Of a stretch of DNA of 64,000 nt, positions 1 to 9,073 are shown piece by piece; within the stretch, counting starts at the first letter, position 1, and every line of letters starts with the position of its first letter. This stretch comes from an uncultured virus (IMG/VR IMGVR_UViG_3300038334_000112) (Duplodnaviria > Heunggongvirae > Uroviricota > Caudoviricetes). The position numbers were made by a program, and so were the translations under genes. The DNA lies in the IMG/VR virus record IMGVR_UViG_3300038334_000112; one strand, written 5' to 3'. The notes under the pieces were generated by a model. The model was not told the DNA's origin, did not search any database, and saw nothing but the letters and a program-made list of their open reading frames with translations.

Positions 1-543
1 TCACTTCAGCGGCAATACCAGGTTGTGGTCAGTTGCCCCTGGGATCACCTTATCCATGAATAGCTCCTGGCAAGACGCCTTCCAAATGGTAAGCGTGCTG
101 CCATCATCCGAGATGCACAGCCAGCAGTTGTGCCCCCATGACCGGTACTCAGCGGGGAAATGACCAGGCTCCTCCGTCACTTTGAATTTCAGCGCAGTCG
201 AGCACTCAGGAAACTGCTCGACGCCTTTGAATTCCAGAGAGGACCAGTATTTTGTCAGGCCTGGACATTGCGCAAGGATGCGCGGCCATGCGGCCTGAAT
301 GCGCGCCGAGTCCTGAGGTGTAACGTCTGACATTGCAGGCAGCGGTGGTGATTTCTTGCTCTGCCCGCCAGAGGTGTTCCAAGCCACTACCCCGGTGATG
401 AGCGCGAACAAAACAAAAAAGACCTTCAGGAATGCGAGATTCCTTCGGGTCAGTGTTGCTTTGTTCTGAGTGAGAAGCTCCGGCTTGGTCATCGCGATGA
501 CGAGGCCGAGAACTCCAAGGACAGGGAACAGCCAACTGGTCAT
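1..543 (-). CDS. Hypothetical membrane protein coupled to the repressor gene
   Basis: 180-aa ORF with two N-terminal hydrophobic segments and a Cys-containing soluble domain; start overlaps the repressor stop (ATGA at 540-543). Confidence 0.7.
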   Translation of the reverse strand: MTSWLFPVLGVLGLVIAMTKPELLTQNKATLTRRNLAFLKVFFVLFALITGVVAWNTSGGQSKKSPPLPAMSDVTPQDSARIQAAWPRILAQCPGLTKYWSSLEFKGVEQFPECSTALKFKVTEEPGHFPAEYRSWGHNCWLCISDDGSTLTIWKASCQELFMDKVIPGATDHNLVLPLK

Positions 544-1214
544 TTCGCTTCCCTACACCACCAGATTACCTTGCCCAGAATGGCCACGCCGTCGACCAGG
601 TCGCCGCGCAGATCCACCTTCATGGGCTCGTAGGCCGCGTTGATGCTCTTGAGCACCAGGCCCTCTGGCAGCGCATCGACCACCTTCAGGTAAATCAGCT
701 CACCGACGCGGACGGCGTACATAGTCCCAGGCCTCGGCTCACACTGGCTCTGGTCGATCAACACGGTGTCGCCGTGCTTGATCTCCGGCTCCATTGAGTC
801 CCCGGAGACATGCATGAGCACCATCTGCGCGGGGCTGCCCTTGCGGCTCAGGAAGTCCGAGCGGAAGGCGTACAGGCGCTCACTGCCCACCTCGGTCTGA
901 AAGCTGCCGGTCCCCGCAGAAATCCTTGCCTCCACCATGGGCACGAACATCAGGTCCACATCGCACACGGTCTGCTTTGCTGCGGCAGAGAGCTGGACAC
1001 ATGCGGATGCATGCATGGGGCCGACGCCACGCAGCACCCATTCGGGTGCAATACCAAGTTCAGAGACCAGCCGCTGGACAAAGTCCAGGTCCGGCGTCCG
1101 GTCTCCACTCTCCCAACGGGCGAGAGTGTTGCGGTGCACGCCAAATCTGGCCGCAAACGCCTCTTGTGACTCATCCTTGCGGATGGCTTTAAGCCGGTAT
1201 CCGATCTCTGACAT
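540..1214 (-). CDS. Phage repressor, XRE HTH plus S24 peptidase domain
   Basis: HTH 'SQEAFAARFGVHRNTLARWESG'; S24 motif 'VSGDSMEPEIKHGDTVLID'; likely start MSEIG at 1214. Confidence 0.92.
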   Translation of the reverse strand: MSEIGYRLKAIRKDESQEAFAARFGVHRNTLARWESGDRTPDLDFVQRLVSELGIAPEWVLRGVGPMHASACVQLSAAAKQTVCDVDLMFVPMVEARISAGTGSFQTEVGSERLYAFRSDFLSRKGSPAQMVLMHVSGDSMEPEIKHGDTVLIDQSQCEPRPGTMYAVRVGELIYLKVVDALPEGLVLKSINAAYEPMKVDLRGDLVDGVAILGKVIWWCREAK

Positions 1215-1320
1215 GGCGCCAAACTTCCAGGGTAGAACTTTCGCACGAACCTTTTCGCACCGGGCGAAGGGGGGAACACGTGCAACAACTTGAAAGCATT
1301 GAAAGTCTGCCCTGCATATT

Positions 1321-1354
1321 TTTGTGTGCATATTTTTCTAGTTTTGCACACAAA
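1321..1354. promoter_or_regulatory. Candidate operator (10-bp inverted repeat) in the divergent immunity region
   Basis: TTTGTGTGCA (1321-1330) and TGCACACAAA (1345-1354), followed by TTGACT at 1359. Confidence 0.5.
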
Positions 1355-1513
1355 CGAGTTGACTTTGCACCCTTACGGATGCAAATAAAGACCTGCGGGC
1401 AGTAGACAAGAAAACATTCCAAGTCGTCTCTACCAGCCCGCATAGCCAGGGTCAACGTCCGGCGAGATTTCGAGATTGGACGTTGGCCCCCAACCCGAGC
1501 GGACGGTAAGGCG

Positions 1514-1939
1514 ATGCAGCAACACTCCCTCTTCAAGGATGACCACGGAGCCCTGGCCGGGCTGGTGCCTGCAATGCGGGCGGCCATGAACCGCGCCGCC
1601 GGTGCGGACACAGCAGGCCGCGCGCTCCTGGTGGACCGCATCAACGACATCGCCCGGCAAGCGGGCCTGCGGCTCACCACGGGCAACGCCCAATCCATCA
1701 GCAAGGACACCCTGGACAAGTGGCTGGCCCCTTCGGACCGCGACCACACGCCCTCGCTCCTCGCCGTGGTGGTGTTCTGCGCCGCCACAGGCGATTCCGC
1801 CCCGCTCCAGATGATGCTCCGCGCCCTGGGCCTGGACGTGATGACCGCCGAGGACCGCATGCTCCGCGACTACGGCAAGGCCTGCAAAACCGTTCGTGAA
1901 GCAAGTCGGCGCAAGAAGATGCTGGAGGTGTCCATATGA
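1514..1939 (+). CDS. Phage early regulatory protein (CII-like)
   Basis: First early ORF; 'ISKDTLDKWLAPSDRDHTP' resembles regulatory proteins of Mu-like phages. Confidence 0.6.
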   Translation: MQQHSLFKDDHGALAGLVPAMRAAMNRAAGADTAGRALLVDRINDIARQAGLRLTTGNAQSISKDTLDKWLAPSDRDHTPSLLAVVVFCAATGDSAPLQMMLRALGLDVMTAEDRMLRDYGKACKTVREASRRKKMLEVSI

Positions 1940-2193
1940 CCTCGCGGCGTCTGGAGTGCGGTCTGGCGCGCAACCGCGTACGCCGCCGCATTCAGGAGCA
2001 TCTGGACCGCCTGGGCAAGAGCATGGCGGACGTGAGCCGGGAGATCGGCATCTCGCGCCAGCTGGTCGCGGCCACGGTCGCCGGGGAAAAGCACAACGGG
2101 CGCGTGCTGACCAAGCTCCGTGAGCTGGGCGTTCCCGAACGCTACCTGTTCGACCCGACCCTGTGCGAGCAGAAGCAGGAGGAGGCAGCATAA
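1936..2193 (+). CDS. Ner/Cro-like HTH regulator
   Basis: 85 aa with HTH 'SMADVSREIGISRQLVAATVAG', directly before the transposase. Confidence 0.75.
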   Translation: MTSRRLECGLARNRVRRRIQEHLDRLGKSMADVSREIGISRQLVAATVAGEKHNGRVLTKLRELGVPERYLFDPTLCEQKQEEAA

Positions 2194-4355
2194 TGAACGG
2201 CTGCACTGCTTCCCAGCTTGCGGACGCCCTTGGCTGCACCATCTCCACCCTGCACCGCAGGGCCAACGCGGAGAGCTGGCCCTTTGAGGCCAAGCCCGGA
2301 CGCGGCGGCGGCAAGCTCTTCCCCCTGACCACCTTGCCGGATGATATCCGCCTGGCCCTGGCCAGCACCGCCACCACCGCCACAAATCACGAGGCCGCCA
2401 CGCTGAAGCTGCGCCAGGAACTGGCCACGCGGGCCGCCGAGGGTTCGCGCCAAGGCGCGCTCTCCGCCTTCGCCGCCCTGCCCGAGCCGCGCAAGCGCCG
2501 GGCCGAGGCGCGGGCGCTCATCGCCAGGCTGTGCACAGATTTCCTGACCACTTCCGGCCTGCCGCGCCGCCGTGGCACAGAGCTGTTCGCCAGCGACTAC
2601 AACACCGGCCGCATCAGCACGCCGGACTGGACGCGCGAGCAGGTGCCCAGCCTCTGCGCGGGCAGCATCCACAACTGGCAGAAGGCCCTGGACCGCGAGG
2701 GTCTGGCCCGACTGGCCGGGAACCACGGCCTCCACCGCCTGGGCACCGGCAAGATCGACGGCAACCCGGAGCTGTCCGGGTTCTGCCTGGGCATGCTCAA
2801 GACCTACCCGCACAGCCACGCCACGCACCTGCTGGAGGCCATGCGCGCCCGCTTCGGCGAAGACAAGCTGCCCACCCTGCGCGCCGTGCAGCGCTGGCTG
2901 GCTGGATGGAAGTCCCGCAACGCCCAGCTGTTCACCGCCGTGAAGAACCCGGACGCCTGGCGCAGCAAGTACATGGCCGCCGGGGGCGACGCCCTGGGCG
3001 TCCTGCGCCTGAACCAGCGCTGGGAAATGGACTCCACCAAGGGGGACATGCTGCTTTCCGACGGCACGCGCCACGTCATCGTAGGCTGCATCGACGTGTA
3101 TTCCAGGCGGTTAACGCTGCATGTCTCGCGCTCCAGCTCGTCGGCCGCCGTGGCCGCCACCCTGCGCAAGTCGCTCCTGGCCTGGGGCGTGCCCGAGGAA
3201 GTGAAGACCGACAACGGCTCGGACTACGTGAGCCGCCATATGACCAGCCTGTTCCTGGGCCTGAACATCCGCCAAACCCTGTGCGCACCCTTCCAGCCGC
3301 AACAGAAACCCTACATCGAGCGCGTCTTCGGCACCTTCTGCCGCGACCTGGTGGAGCTGCTCGCGGGCTTTGTGGGCCACAGCGTGGCCGAGCGCAAGGA
3401 CATCGAGGCCCGCCGGAGCTTCTCCCAGCGGCTGATGAAGCAAGGCGAGGAAGCCCTGGAACTGCGCATGACGCCAGGCGAGCTGCAAGACTTCTGCGAC
3501 CGCTGGACCGAGGACGTGTATGCCCGCAAGCCTCATTCCAGCCTGTCCGGCAAGAGCCCCTGGCAGATGGCCGCCGAGTGGCCGCACCCGGTGCAGCGCA
3601 TTCAGGATGAACGCGCGCTCGACGTGCTGCTGTTGCCCGCTCCGGGTGAAGGCACCCGCCGCGTGACCAAGAAGGGCATCCGCCTGGACGGCGGCCTGTA
3701 TGACCACGCGGCCTTGGGCGGCATGGAAGGCCGCGACGTGCTGGTTCGGCTCGACGAGGGTGACGTGGGCGCCATCTACGTGTTCGACCTGGACGGCCCG
3801 TTCCTCTGCCGGGCGCTCTGCCCGGAGATCGCGGGCGTCTCCCGCCGCGACGTGGCCCTGGCCCGCAAGCGCAGGCAACAGGTCGTGATCAACGAGGGCA
3901 AGGCCATGCTGCGCCAGGCCGCACGCAAGGCCAACGTCAAGGACATCGCCCAGGAGATCCTGGCCGACGCGCGCGCCGAGGCCGCCAAGGTGCAGGCCCT
4001 GCCGCGCCAGGCCGAGGCCTGGGATACCCCGGCCCTGACCGAGGCTGGGATTGCCGCCCGCGTCACGGACGCCCCCGCCTCCCTGCCGCAGGAGCAGGAG
4101 GACCGCCTGAACGCGCAGACCGACGCCCTAGCGGCGGAAATGTCTGCCGTACGGCCCGTGCCGGAGACCATGGAGGTGCGCTACGCCCGCGCCCTGCGCC
4201 TGGAGAAGACCCTGGCCTGCGGGCTGGCCGTGGACCCCGACGCCCTGCGCTGGCTGCACGGCTACCAGAACACCCCGGAATACCTGGGCTGCCGCAATGT
4301 CTACGAGGAATTTGGCGACGAGTGGCTGCCGCAGGCGGCGGGCGCTGGTCTGTAA
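2193..4355 (+). CDS. Mu-type DDE transposase A
   Basis: N-terminal HTH, 'WEMDST', 'KTDNGSDY', 'KPYIERVF'; TAATG coupling at 2191-2195. Confidence 0.95.
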   Translation: MNGCTASQLADALGCTISTLHRRANAESWPFEAKPGRGGGKLFPLTTLPDDIRLALASTATTATNHEAATLKLRQELATRAAEGSRQGALSAFAALPEPRKRRAEARALIARLCTDFLTTSGLPRRRGTELFASDYNTGRISTPDWTREQVPSLCAGSIHNWQKALDREGLARLAGNHGLHRLGTGKIDGNPELSGFCLGMLKTYPHSHATHLLEAMRARFGEDKLPTLRAVQRWLAGWKSRNAQLFTAVKNPDAWRSKYMAAGGDALGVLRLNQRWEMDSTKGDMLLSDGTRHVIVGCIDVYSRRLTLHVSRSSSSAAVAATLRKSLLAWGVPEEVKTDNGSDYVSRHMTSLFLGLNIRQTLCAPFQPQQKPYIERVFGTFCRDLVELLAGFVGHSVAERKDIEARRSFSQRLMKQGEEALELRMTPGELQDFCDRWTEDVYARKPHSSLSGKSPWQMAAEWPHPVQRIQDERALDVLLLPAPGEGTRRVTKKGIRLDGGLYDHAALGGMEGRDVLVRLDEGDVGAIYVFDLDGPFLCRALCPEIAGVSRRDVALARKRRQQVVINEGKAMLRQAARKANVKDIAQEILADARAEAAKVQALPRQAEAWDTPALTEAGIAARVTDAPASLPQEQEDRLNAQTDALAAEMSAVRPVPETMEVRYARALRLEKTLACGLAVDPDALRWLHGYQNTPEYLGCRNVYEEFGDEWLPQAAGAGL

Positions 4356-4431
4356 ACGGCGCGGCTCCGCCCGGCGTTGGCGCGCCAGGCAGGGCCTTGG
4401 GACAAGGATGATGAATCAAACGGAGGGAACG

Positions 4432-5217
4432 ATGACGAAGCAGAGCGGACAAGCAGGCGGCCAGAACAACAGCCAGAGCTTTGGCGCGGGAGCATCAGGC
4501 ACCATCGCGCCCCTGCGCAACGTGGTGCTGTTCTCCGGCCTGGTGGAGCGCGTCATGGGGCGGCCCTACGGTCTGCCGGGCATGGCCACCTTCCATGGCC
4601 GCAGCGGCCTGGGCAAGACCTTTGCGGCCATCTTCGCAGCCAACAAGCACCGCGCCTACCACATCCAAATCAAGAGCGTGTGGACGCGCAAACACATGCT
4701 GGGCAGCATCCTGGCCGAAATGGGCATCCGCCCGGCGGGCACCATTCCGCAGATGATGGACCAAGTGGGCGAGCAGCTCTCGCTCTCCGGCCGCCCGCTG
4801 ATCGTTGACGAGGCCGACCACCTGCTAGCCAAGGGCATGATCGAGGTGGTGCGCGACATCTACGAATCCAGCCAGGCCGCCATCATCCTCATCGGCGAGG
4901 AGGGCCTGCCGCAGAACCTGGCCCGGTTCGAGCGCGTGCATGGCCGCATGCTCGACTGGCAGGCCGCCCAGCCCGCCTGCGAGTCCGACGCCCGCGTGCT
5001 GGCCCGGCTGTACTGCCCCACAGCCACCGTGGGGACGGACCTGCTGGCCCGGCTGCTGGAGGCAAGCGGCGGCAGCGTGCGGCGCATCTGCGTGAACCTG
5101 GACCGTGTGCGCGAGTTCGCGGCGGCGGGCGGCCTGGAGGAGATCGGCCTGGCCGAGTACCAGGGCGAGATCTTCACCGGCAGCCCGGCGGGGGTGCCCC
5201 TGCGGAGGTGCGCATGA
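4432..5217 (+). CDS. Transposition ATPase B (AAA)
   Basis: Walker A 'GRSGLGKT', Walker B 'LIVDEAD'; GGAGG RBS before 4432. Confidence 0.93.
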   Translation: MTKQSGQAGGQNNSQSFGAGASGTIAPLRNVVLFSGLVERVMGRPYGLPGMATFHGRSGLGKTFAAIFAANKHRAYHIQIKSVWTRKHMLGSILAEMGIRPAGTIPQMMDQVGEQLSLSGRPLIVDEADHLLAKGMIEVVRDIYESSQAAIILIGEEGLPQNLARFERVHGRMLDWQAAQPACESDARVLARLYCPTATVGTDLLARLLEASGGSVRRICVNLDRVREFAAAGGLEEIGLAEYQGEIFTGSPAGVPLRRCA

Positions 5218-5822
5218 GCCGCACGGGCCGCAAGGGCGTCATCGAACTGGCCGCCAAGGGCGGGGCCTATGGCCGCCAGGCCATGTGGGAGGCCATGCGA
5301 TCCTTACGCCGATTCACCCTGGCCGACCTGGACCACCTGAACGTGGAGCGCGACACCATCAAAACCTACGTCCGCAGCTTGGTGCAGGGCGGCTACCTGA
5401 ACACGGAGCGCCAGGCCAGCACCGGCGGGCGCTATGCCCCTGCCGCATACGAACTGGTGCGGGATGTCGGCCTGGAGGCTCCCAGGGTGCGCCGCAACGG
5501 CACCCCGGTCCTCCAAGGCCAGGCGCGCGAACAGATGTGGCGGGCCATGAAGATGCTGGGCCAGTTCACCCCGCGCGACCTGTCCGTCACCGCCAGCACC
5601 GAGGCTGTGGCCGTGAACGAGGAGGACGCCAAGAGCTACGTGAAGCACCTCTTCGCCGCCGGGTACCTGGCCGTGCTGCGGCCTGGCAAGCCGCCCCGCA
5701 CGCAAGGCCTGTACCGCCTGGCCAAGAACACCGGCCCCCTGCCGCCCATGGTGACGCGGGCCAAGGTGGTCTTTGACCCCAACCTGGGCCGTATCGCCTG
5801 GCACGCGGAGATCGACGCATGA
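5214..5822 (+). CDS. Mu-like early protein with tandem winged-HTH-like domains
   Basis: Internally repeated 'MW.AM+.L..FT..DL' motif; coupled to both neighbours. Confidence 0.7.
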   Translation: MSRTGRKGVIELAAKGGAYGRQAMWEAMRSLRRFTLADLDHLNVERDTIKTYVRSLVQGGYLNTERQASTGGRYAPAAYELVRDVGLEAPRVRRNGTPVLQGQAREQMWRAMKMLGQFTPRDLSVTASTEAVAVNEEDAKSYVKHLFAAGYLAVLRPGKPPRTQGLYRLAKNTGPLPPMVTRAKVVFDPNLGRIAWHAEIDA

Positions 5823-6229
5823 GCCCACACTCAAAGCGCAAAGCCGTTGATACCGCCCGCGCCGCCTGGGCCGATCTGGGCGGCTGCCCGGACTGGATCA
5901 TCGCTCTGGCCGAGGAATGCGACCGCACCAGCCAGCGCCAGGTGGCGGGCCGCATCGGCTACAGCGCGGGCGCGGTGAACCAGGTGCTGGCCAACAAGTA
6001 CAAGGCCCCCACCGACCGCATCGAGCAGGCCGTGCGCGGGGCGTACCTCTCCGCCGTGGTCAATTGCCCGGCCTCGGGTGAGATCGCGGCGGACCGCTGC
6101 CTGGAGATCCAGAGGCAGCCTTGGGCAGCCACCAACCCCCAGCGCGTGCGGCTGTTCACCGCCTGCCGCAGCGGCTGCCCCCACAGCAGAATCAACCCCA
6201 AGCCCGGAAATGAGGAGGACGCATGTTAG
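5819..6229 (+). CDS. HTH protein with C-terminal Cys cluster
   Basis: 'SQRQVAGRIGYSAGAVNQVL' HTH; 'CP..G.I....C' and 'CRSGCPH'. Confidence 0.75.
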   Translation: MSPHSKRKAVDTARAAWADLGGCPDWIIALAEECDRTSQRQVAGRIGYSAGAVNQVLANKYKAPTDRIEQAVRGAYLSAVVNCPASGEIAADRCLEIQRQPWAATNPQRVRLFTACRSGCPHSRINPKPGNEEDAC

Positions 6230-6411
6230 CCAACAAGATCGAGAGCTCTGTGAATCGCCTGCGCGAACTGGCTGGCTTCATCCCCGAGGAGCAATGGGAG
6301 ATCGCCAGCCGCGTTGTCGCCGTGCTCGACGAATGCGCGGCTATCGCCCGCAACCTGGAGGCGGCGGCCCTGCCCATCACCGCCCCTGTCACCGCAACCC
6401 TTGAGCAATAA
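6223..6411 (+). CDS. Small hypothetical phage protein
   Basis: 62 aa, GAGGAGG RBS, fills the operon gap. Confidence 0.6.
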   Translation: MLANKIESSVNRLRELAGFIPEEQWEIASRVVAVLDECAAIARNLEAAALPITAPVTATLEQ

Positions 6412-6422
6412 GGAGAACGCAC

Positions 6423-6938
6423 ATGGCACCGAGAACCAAGCCCCAGCCCCTCATCATCAATGACTTGGCCCAGGCCGACGAGGCCCTGCGCCAGCTGGCC
6501 GAGATCGCCCGCGAACAGGCTGCCATCGAGTCCGGCCTGAACGAGCAGATCGACTCCCTCAAGGCCGCCGCCAAGCTCCAGCAAGAGCCCCTTGTCGCCG
6601 CGCGCAAGCGCCTGGAGGACGCCCTGGGCACCTTCGGCCTGACCCGCAAGGACGAGCTGTTCAGCGAGCGCAAGCGCAGCGTGGAACTGAACTTCGGCGT
6701 CATCGGCTTCCGCAAGGCCACCAGCTTGCGCACCCTGGCAAAAACCACCTGGGCCATGGTGCTCAAACGCATCCAGGACCTGGGCTTTACGGAGGGCCTG
6801 CGCACCAAGGTGGAGGTGGACAAGGACGCCCTGCGCGGTTGGCCGGACAATCGGCTGGAAACCATCGGCGTGCGCCGCGAGGCAGCGGACGAGTTCTACC
6901 TGGAGCTGAAACAGGAGGAGATCAGCAAGGCCGCCTGA
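6423..6938 (+). CDS. gam: Host-nuclease inhibitor Gam family
   Basis: Coiled coil followed by 'FGVIGFRK' and 'RTKVEVDKDAL'; position in the early operon. Confidence 0.9.
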   Translation: MAPRTKPQPLIINDLAQADEALRQLAEIAREQAAIESGLNEQIDSLKAAAKLQQEPLVAARKRLEDALGTFGLTRKDELFSERKRSVELNFGVIGFRKATSLRTLAKTTWAMVLKRIQDLGFTEGLRTKVEVDKDALRGWPDNRLETIGVRREAADEFYLELKQEEISKAA

Positions 6939-7020
6939 CCCCACGCGAAACCGCCCCCGCCCTCTTCATAAGAAGGGCGGGGTGCGGTCGTCCAGGCGTG
7001 GCGGCCTGGGCCTGACGAGC
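6939..7020 (+). ncRNA. Type II hammerhead ribozyme
   Basis: GC-GAAA (6945-6950); stem III CCGC/GCGG; GUC triplet (6987-6989); stem I GUCCAGGC/GCCUGGGC; CUGACGA core (7012-7018) followed by GC; CCAC/GUGG pseudoknot. Confidence 0.88.
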
Positions 7021-7040
7021 AGCCGTTTAATGGAGACCAC

Positions 7041-7553
7041 ATGAGTTTCGACACCCGCAAGTCCCTGCTGGCCAAGGTGCACATTGCCAAGGCCCAGCTC
7101 CAGCTGACCGACGACGCCTACCGCGCCGTCCTGGCCCGTCACGGCGTGGAGTCCTCCAAGGAGCTGGACACGAAGGGCCTGGAGAAGCTGCTCGACCATT
7201 TCGCCAAGCTGGGCTGGCAGGCCAAGGCCGCCCGCACGCGCAAGGGCGACAAGCACGGCGCACCGGCCAATCTGGGCCGGGGGCTCGGCAAGGGCAACGC
7301 CAAACCCTATGACCGCTCGGCGCTCATGACCAAGATCGAGGCCCTGCTGGCCGAGAAAGGCACGGAACAGGGCAAGCACGTGCCCTGGGACTACGCCAAG
7401 GCCATCCTCAAGCGCATGTACAAGCTCGACCGCCTGGAGTGGGCCACGCCCGAGCAACTGCGCGGCGTCATGGTGGCGCTGATGCAGGGCGGCAGGCGCA
7501 AACGGCGGATCATGCCGCCCGTGCCGGAGGAAGCGAACCATGCCGCGCCCTGA
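7041..7553 (+). CDS. gemA: GemA-like protein (DUF1018, Mu gp16)
   Basis: 'LLAKVHIAKAQLQLTDDAYRAVL..HGVESSKEL' is characteristic of the family. Confidence 0.85.
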   Translation: MSFDTRKSLLAKVHIAKAQLQLTDDAYRAVLARHGVESSKELDTKGLEKLLDHFAKLGWQAKAARTRKGDKHGAPANLGRGLGKGNAKPYDRSALMTKIEALLAEKGTEQGKHVPWDYAKAILKRMYKLDRLEWATPEQLRGVMVALMQGGRRKRRIMPPVPEEANHAAP

Positions 7554-7989
7554 CCTACAGACAGACACGCCCGTGCACACAATCCCGGACTACGTGCTGG
7601 CCCAGCTGCCCGGCGTGCTGGCCCAGGTGGCCCAGGCCGCAGGGGTCAAGGCCGCGTGGCAGTTGGCCAAGGAACGCGGCGGCGGCCGGGCCTACATCCC
7701 CACGCCCGAGGCACTGCACGACAGGCACTGGCTGGTGCAGGCCTGCGGTCTGGAGGCGGCAAAGGCCATCGCGGGCGCCCTGGGCAGCGGCGAGGTGGAA
7801 GTGCCCCTTGGCCCCTTCACCGGCAACCGCGCCCAGGTCTGGGCGGCCATTGAACGCGGGTTGAACGCGGGCTTGTCCGTGGAGCAGGCCGCGCGCCAAG
7901 TGGGGGTGACGGCCAGGACGGTGCGGAGGCATAAAAGTGGGGTGACGGCGGGAGAAAATGGGGGGTGGTGTAAGCTGCCAGGTGTGTAA
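7540..7989 (+). CDS. Mor/C-family transcriptional activator
   Basis: 'GGGRAYIP' and C-terminal HTH 'SVEQAARQVGVTARTVRR'. Confidence 0.75.
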   Translation: MPRPDLQTDTPVHTIPDYVLAQLPGVLAQVAQAAGVKAAWQLAKERGGGRAYIPTPEALHDRHWLVQACGLEAAKAIAGALGSGEVEVPLGPFTGNRAQVWAAIERGLNAGLSVEQAARQVGVTARTVRRHKSGVTAGENGGWCKLPGV

Positions 7990-8065
7990 TATCACTTGTC
8001 TGACAAAGCCTTTTTGAGATACGGGGTGCATATTCCGGTGCCGATATTCAATCAGCGGGGGGGAT

Positions 8066-9034
8066 ATGCAACAGATCAATAACTTTGACGAACTCGTTTC
8101 ATTCATGTGGAAAGTTTCAAATGGTGAAGCAAGCTTTGACGGGGTAGTATTTTCAGACAACTGCGCGAGTATACCAATACGCGTTGAAGGCGTAACTTGG
8201 GACAAGCGGATTGATGTGAGAGGGGCAAAGTATGTTCAGGCCCTCCAAGAAGAGCTTAATGCATTCTGTAAAAAATACAAAGATATTATTGGTGAAGACG
8301 CCCCACTCATCAAGGTTGCTGTCCGTAAGGGTAGCGGAATACTCGATCCAGACTTTCTTCCATTCCTGAAGGAGGCGATAAAGAAAATGCCCCCAAAGCT
8401 GACCTTTACGCTACTCATGACATTTATGGCATGCTCTACAGGATATTTAATATACTCTCGTTATGAGTCGGCACAAGAACAGTCTCGAGAAAACAAAGTC
8501 GCAATTGAAGCGATCCGATCAATGAAAGAAGTTGCGTTACAGAATGGATTTGACACCTCGAAAGCCACAAGGCCAATTCGGTCGTTTGTAAAAACTCTCG
8601 ATCCAGAGGATCAGATTTCTGTCGCGGGGTTGGAAGAAATTAGCGGTGACAAAGCAAAACAACTAGTCGAAACTAAAAGATCCCGTTCGCATGAGGTAAC
8701 GATTCCGTGTGACGGGAAATATATCCTCGACAAACTGGATGTGAAACGACCTATCCCTGTTCTTGAACTTTCCCAGGGGGGCGTCCCCCTGAATGGATAT
8801 CTTGAACACTTAGCTCCTGAGGCTAAGCAAACTCTCCTCAAAGCTTTAGAGGAACGCATTGGGAGCAGGAAGGGCGCGATTGTTCTTGAACTTCAGATCG
8901 ACGTTCATGCGACTGCAAAAAAAGTTAAATATGGCAGTATTGTTGGTATCGGTATACCTAGAGAGGGGATGCCACATCGCAGGCTCACCGACTTACCGCT
9001 TAAGCCTATCCCACAGGCCAAGCTTAATCCTTAA
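8066..9034 (+). CDS. Cargo hypothetical protein with one TM segment
   Basis: 322-aa ORF, AT-richer than the phage core; no family recognised. Confidence 0.75.
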   Translation: MQQINNFDELVSFMWKVSNGEASFDGVVFSDNCASIPIRVEGVTWDKRIDVRGAKYVQALQEELNAFCKKYKDIIGEDAPLIKVAVRKGSGILDPDFLPFLKEAIKKMPPKLTFTLLMTFMACSTGYLIYSRYESAQEQSRENKVAIEAIRSMKEVALQNGFDTSKATRPIRSFVKTLDPEDQISVAGLEEISGDKAKQLVETKRSRSHEVTIPCDGKYILDKLDVKRPIPVLELSQGGVPLNGYLEHLAPEAKQTLLKALEERIGSRKGAIVLELQIDVHATAKKVKYGSIVGIGIPREGMPHRRLTDLPLKPIPQAKLNP

Positions 9035-9073
9035 TCCTTCTCGTACTATCGAACTTTCATCAGGAATACCTCC

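Noticed and set aside
1215..1331. N-terminal extension of the repressor ORF, and similar extensions of the ORFs starting at 2163, 4297, 18228, 34419 and 38378
   Set aside because: Downstream starts fit the RBS, gene coupling and domain boundaries better.
6951..6987. Intrinsic terminator after gam
   Set aside because: No U tract; the hairpin is better explained as hammerhead stem III.
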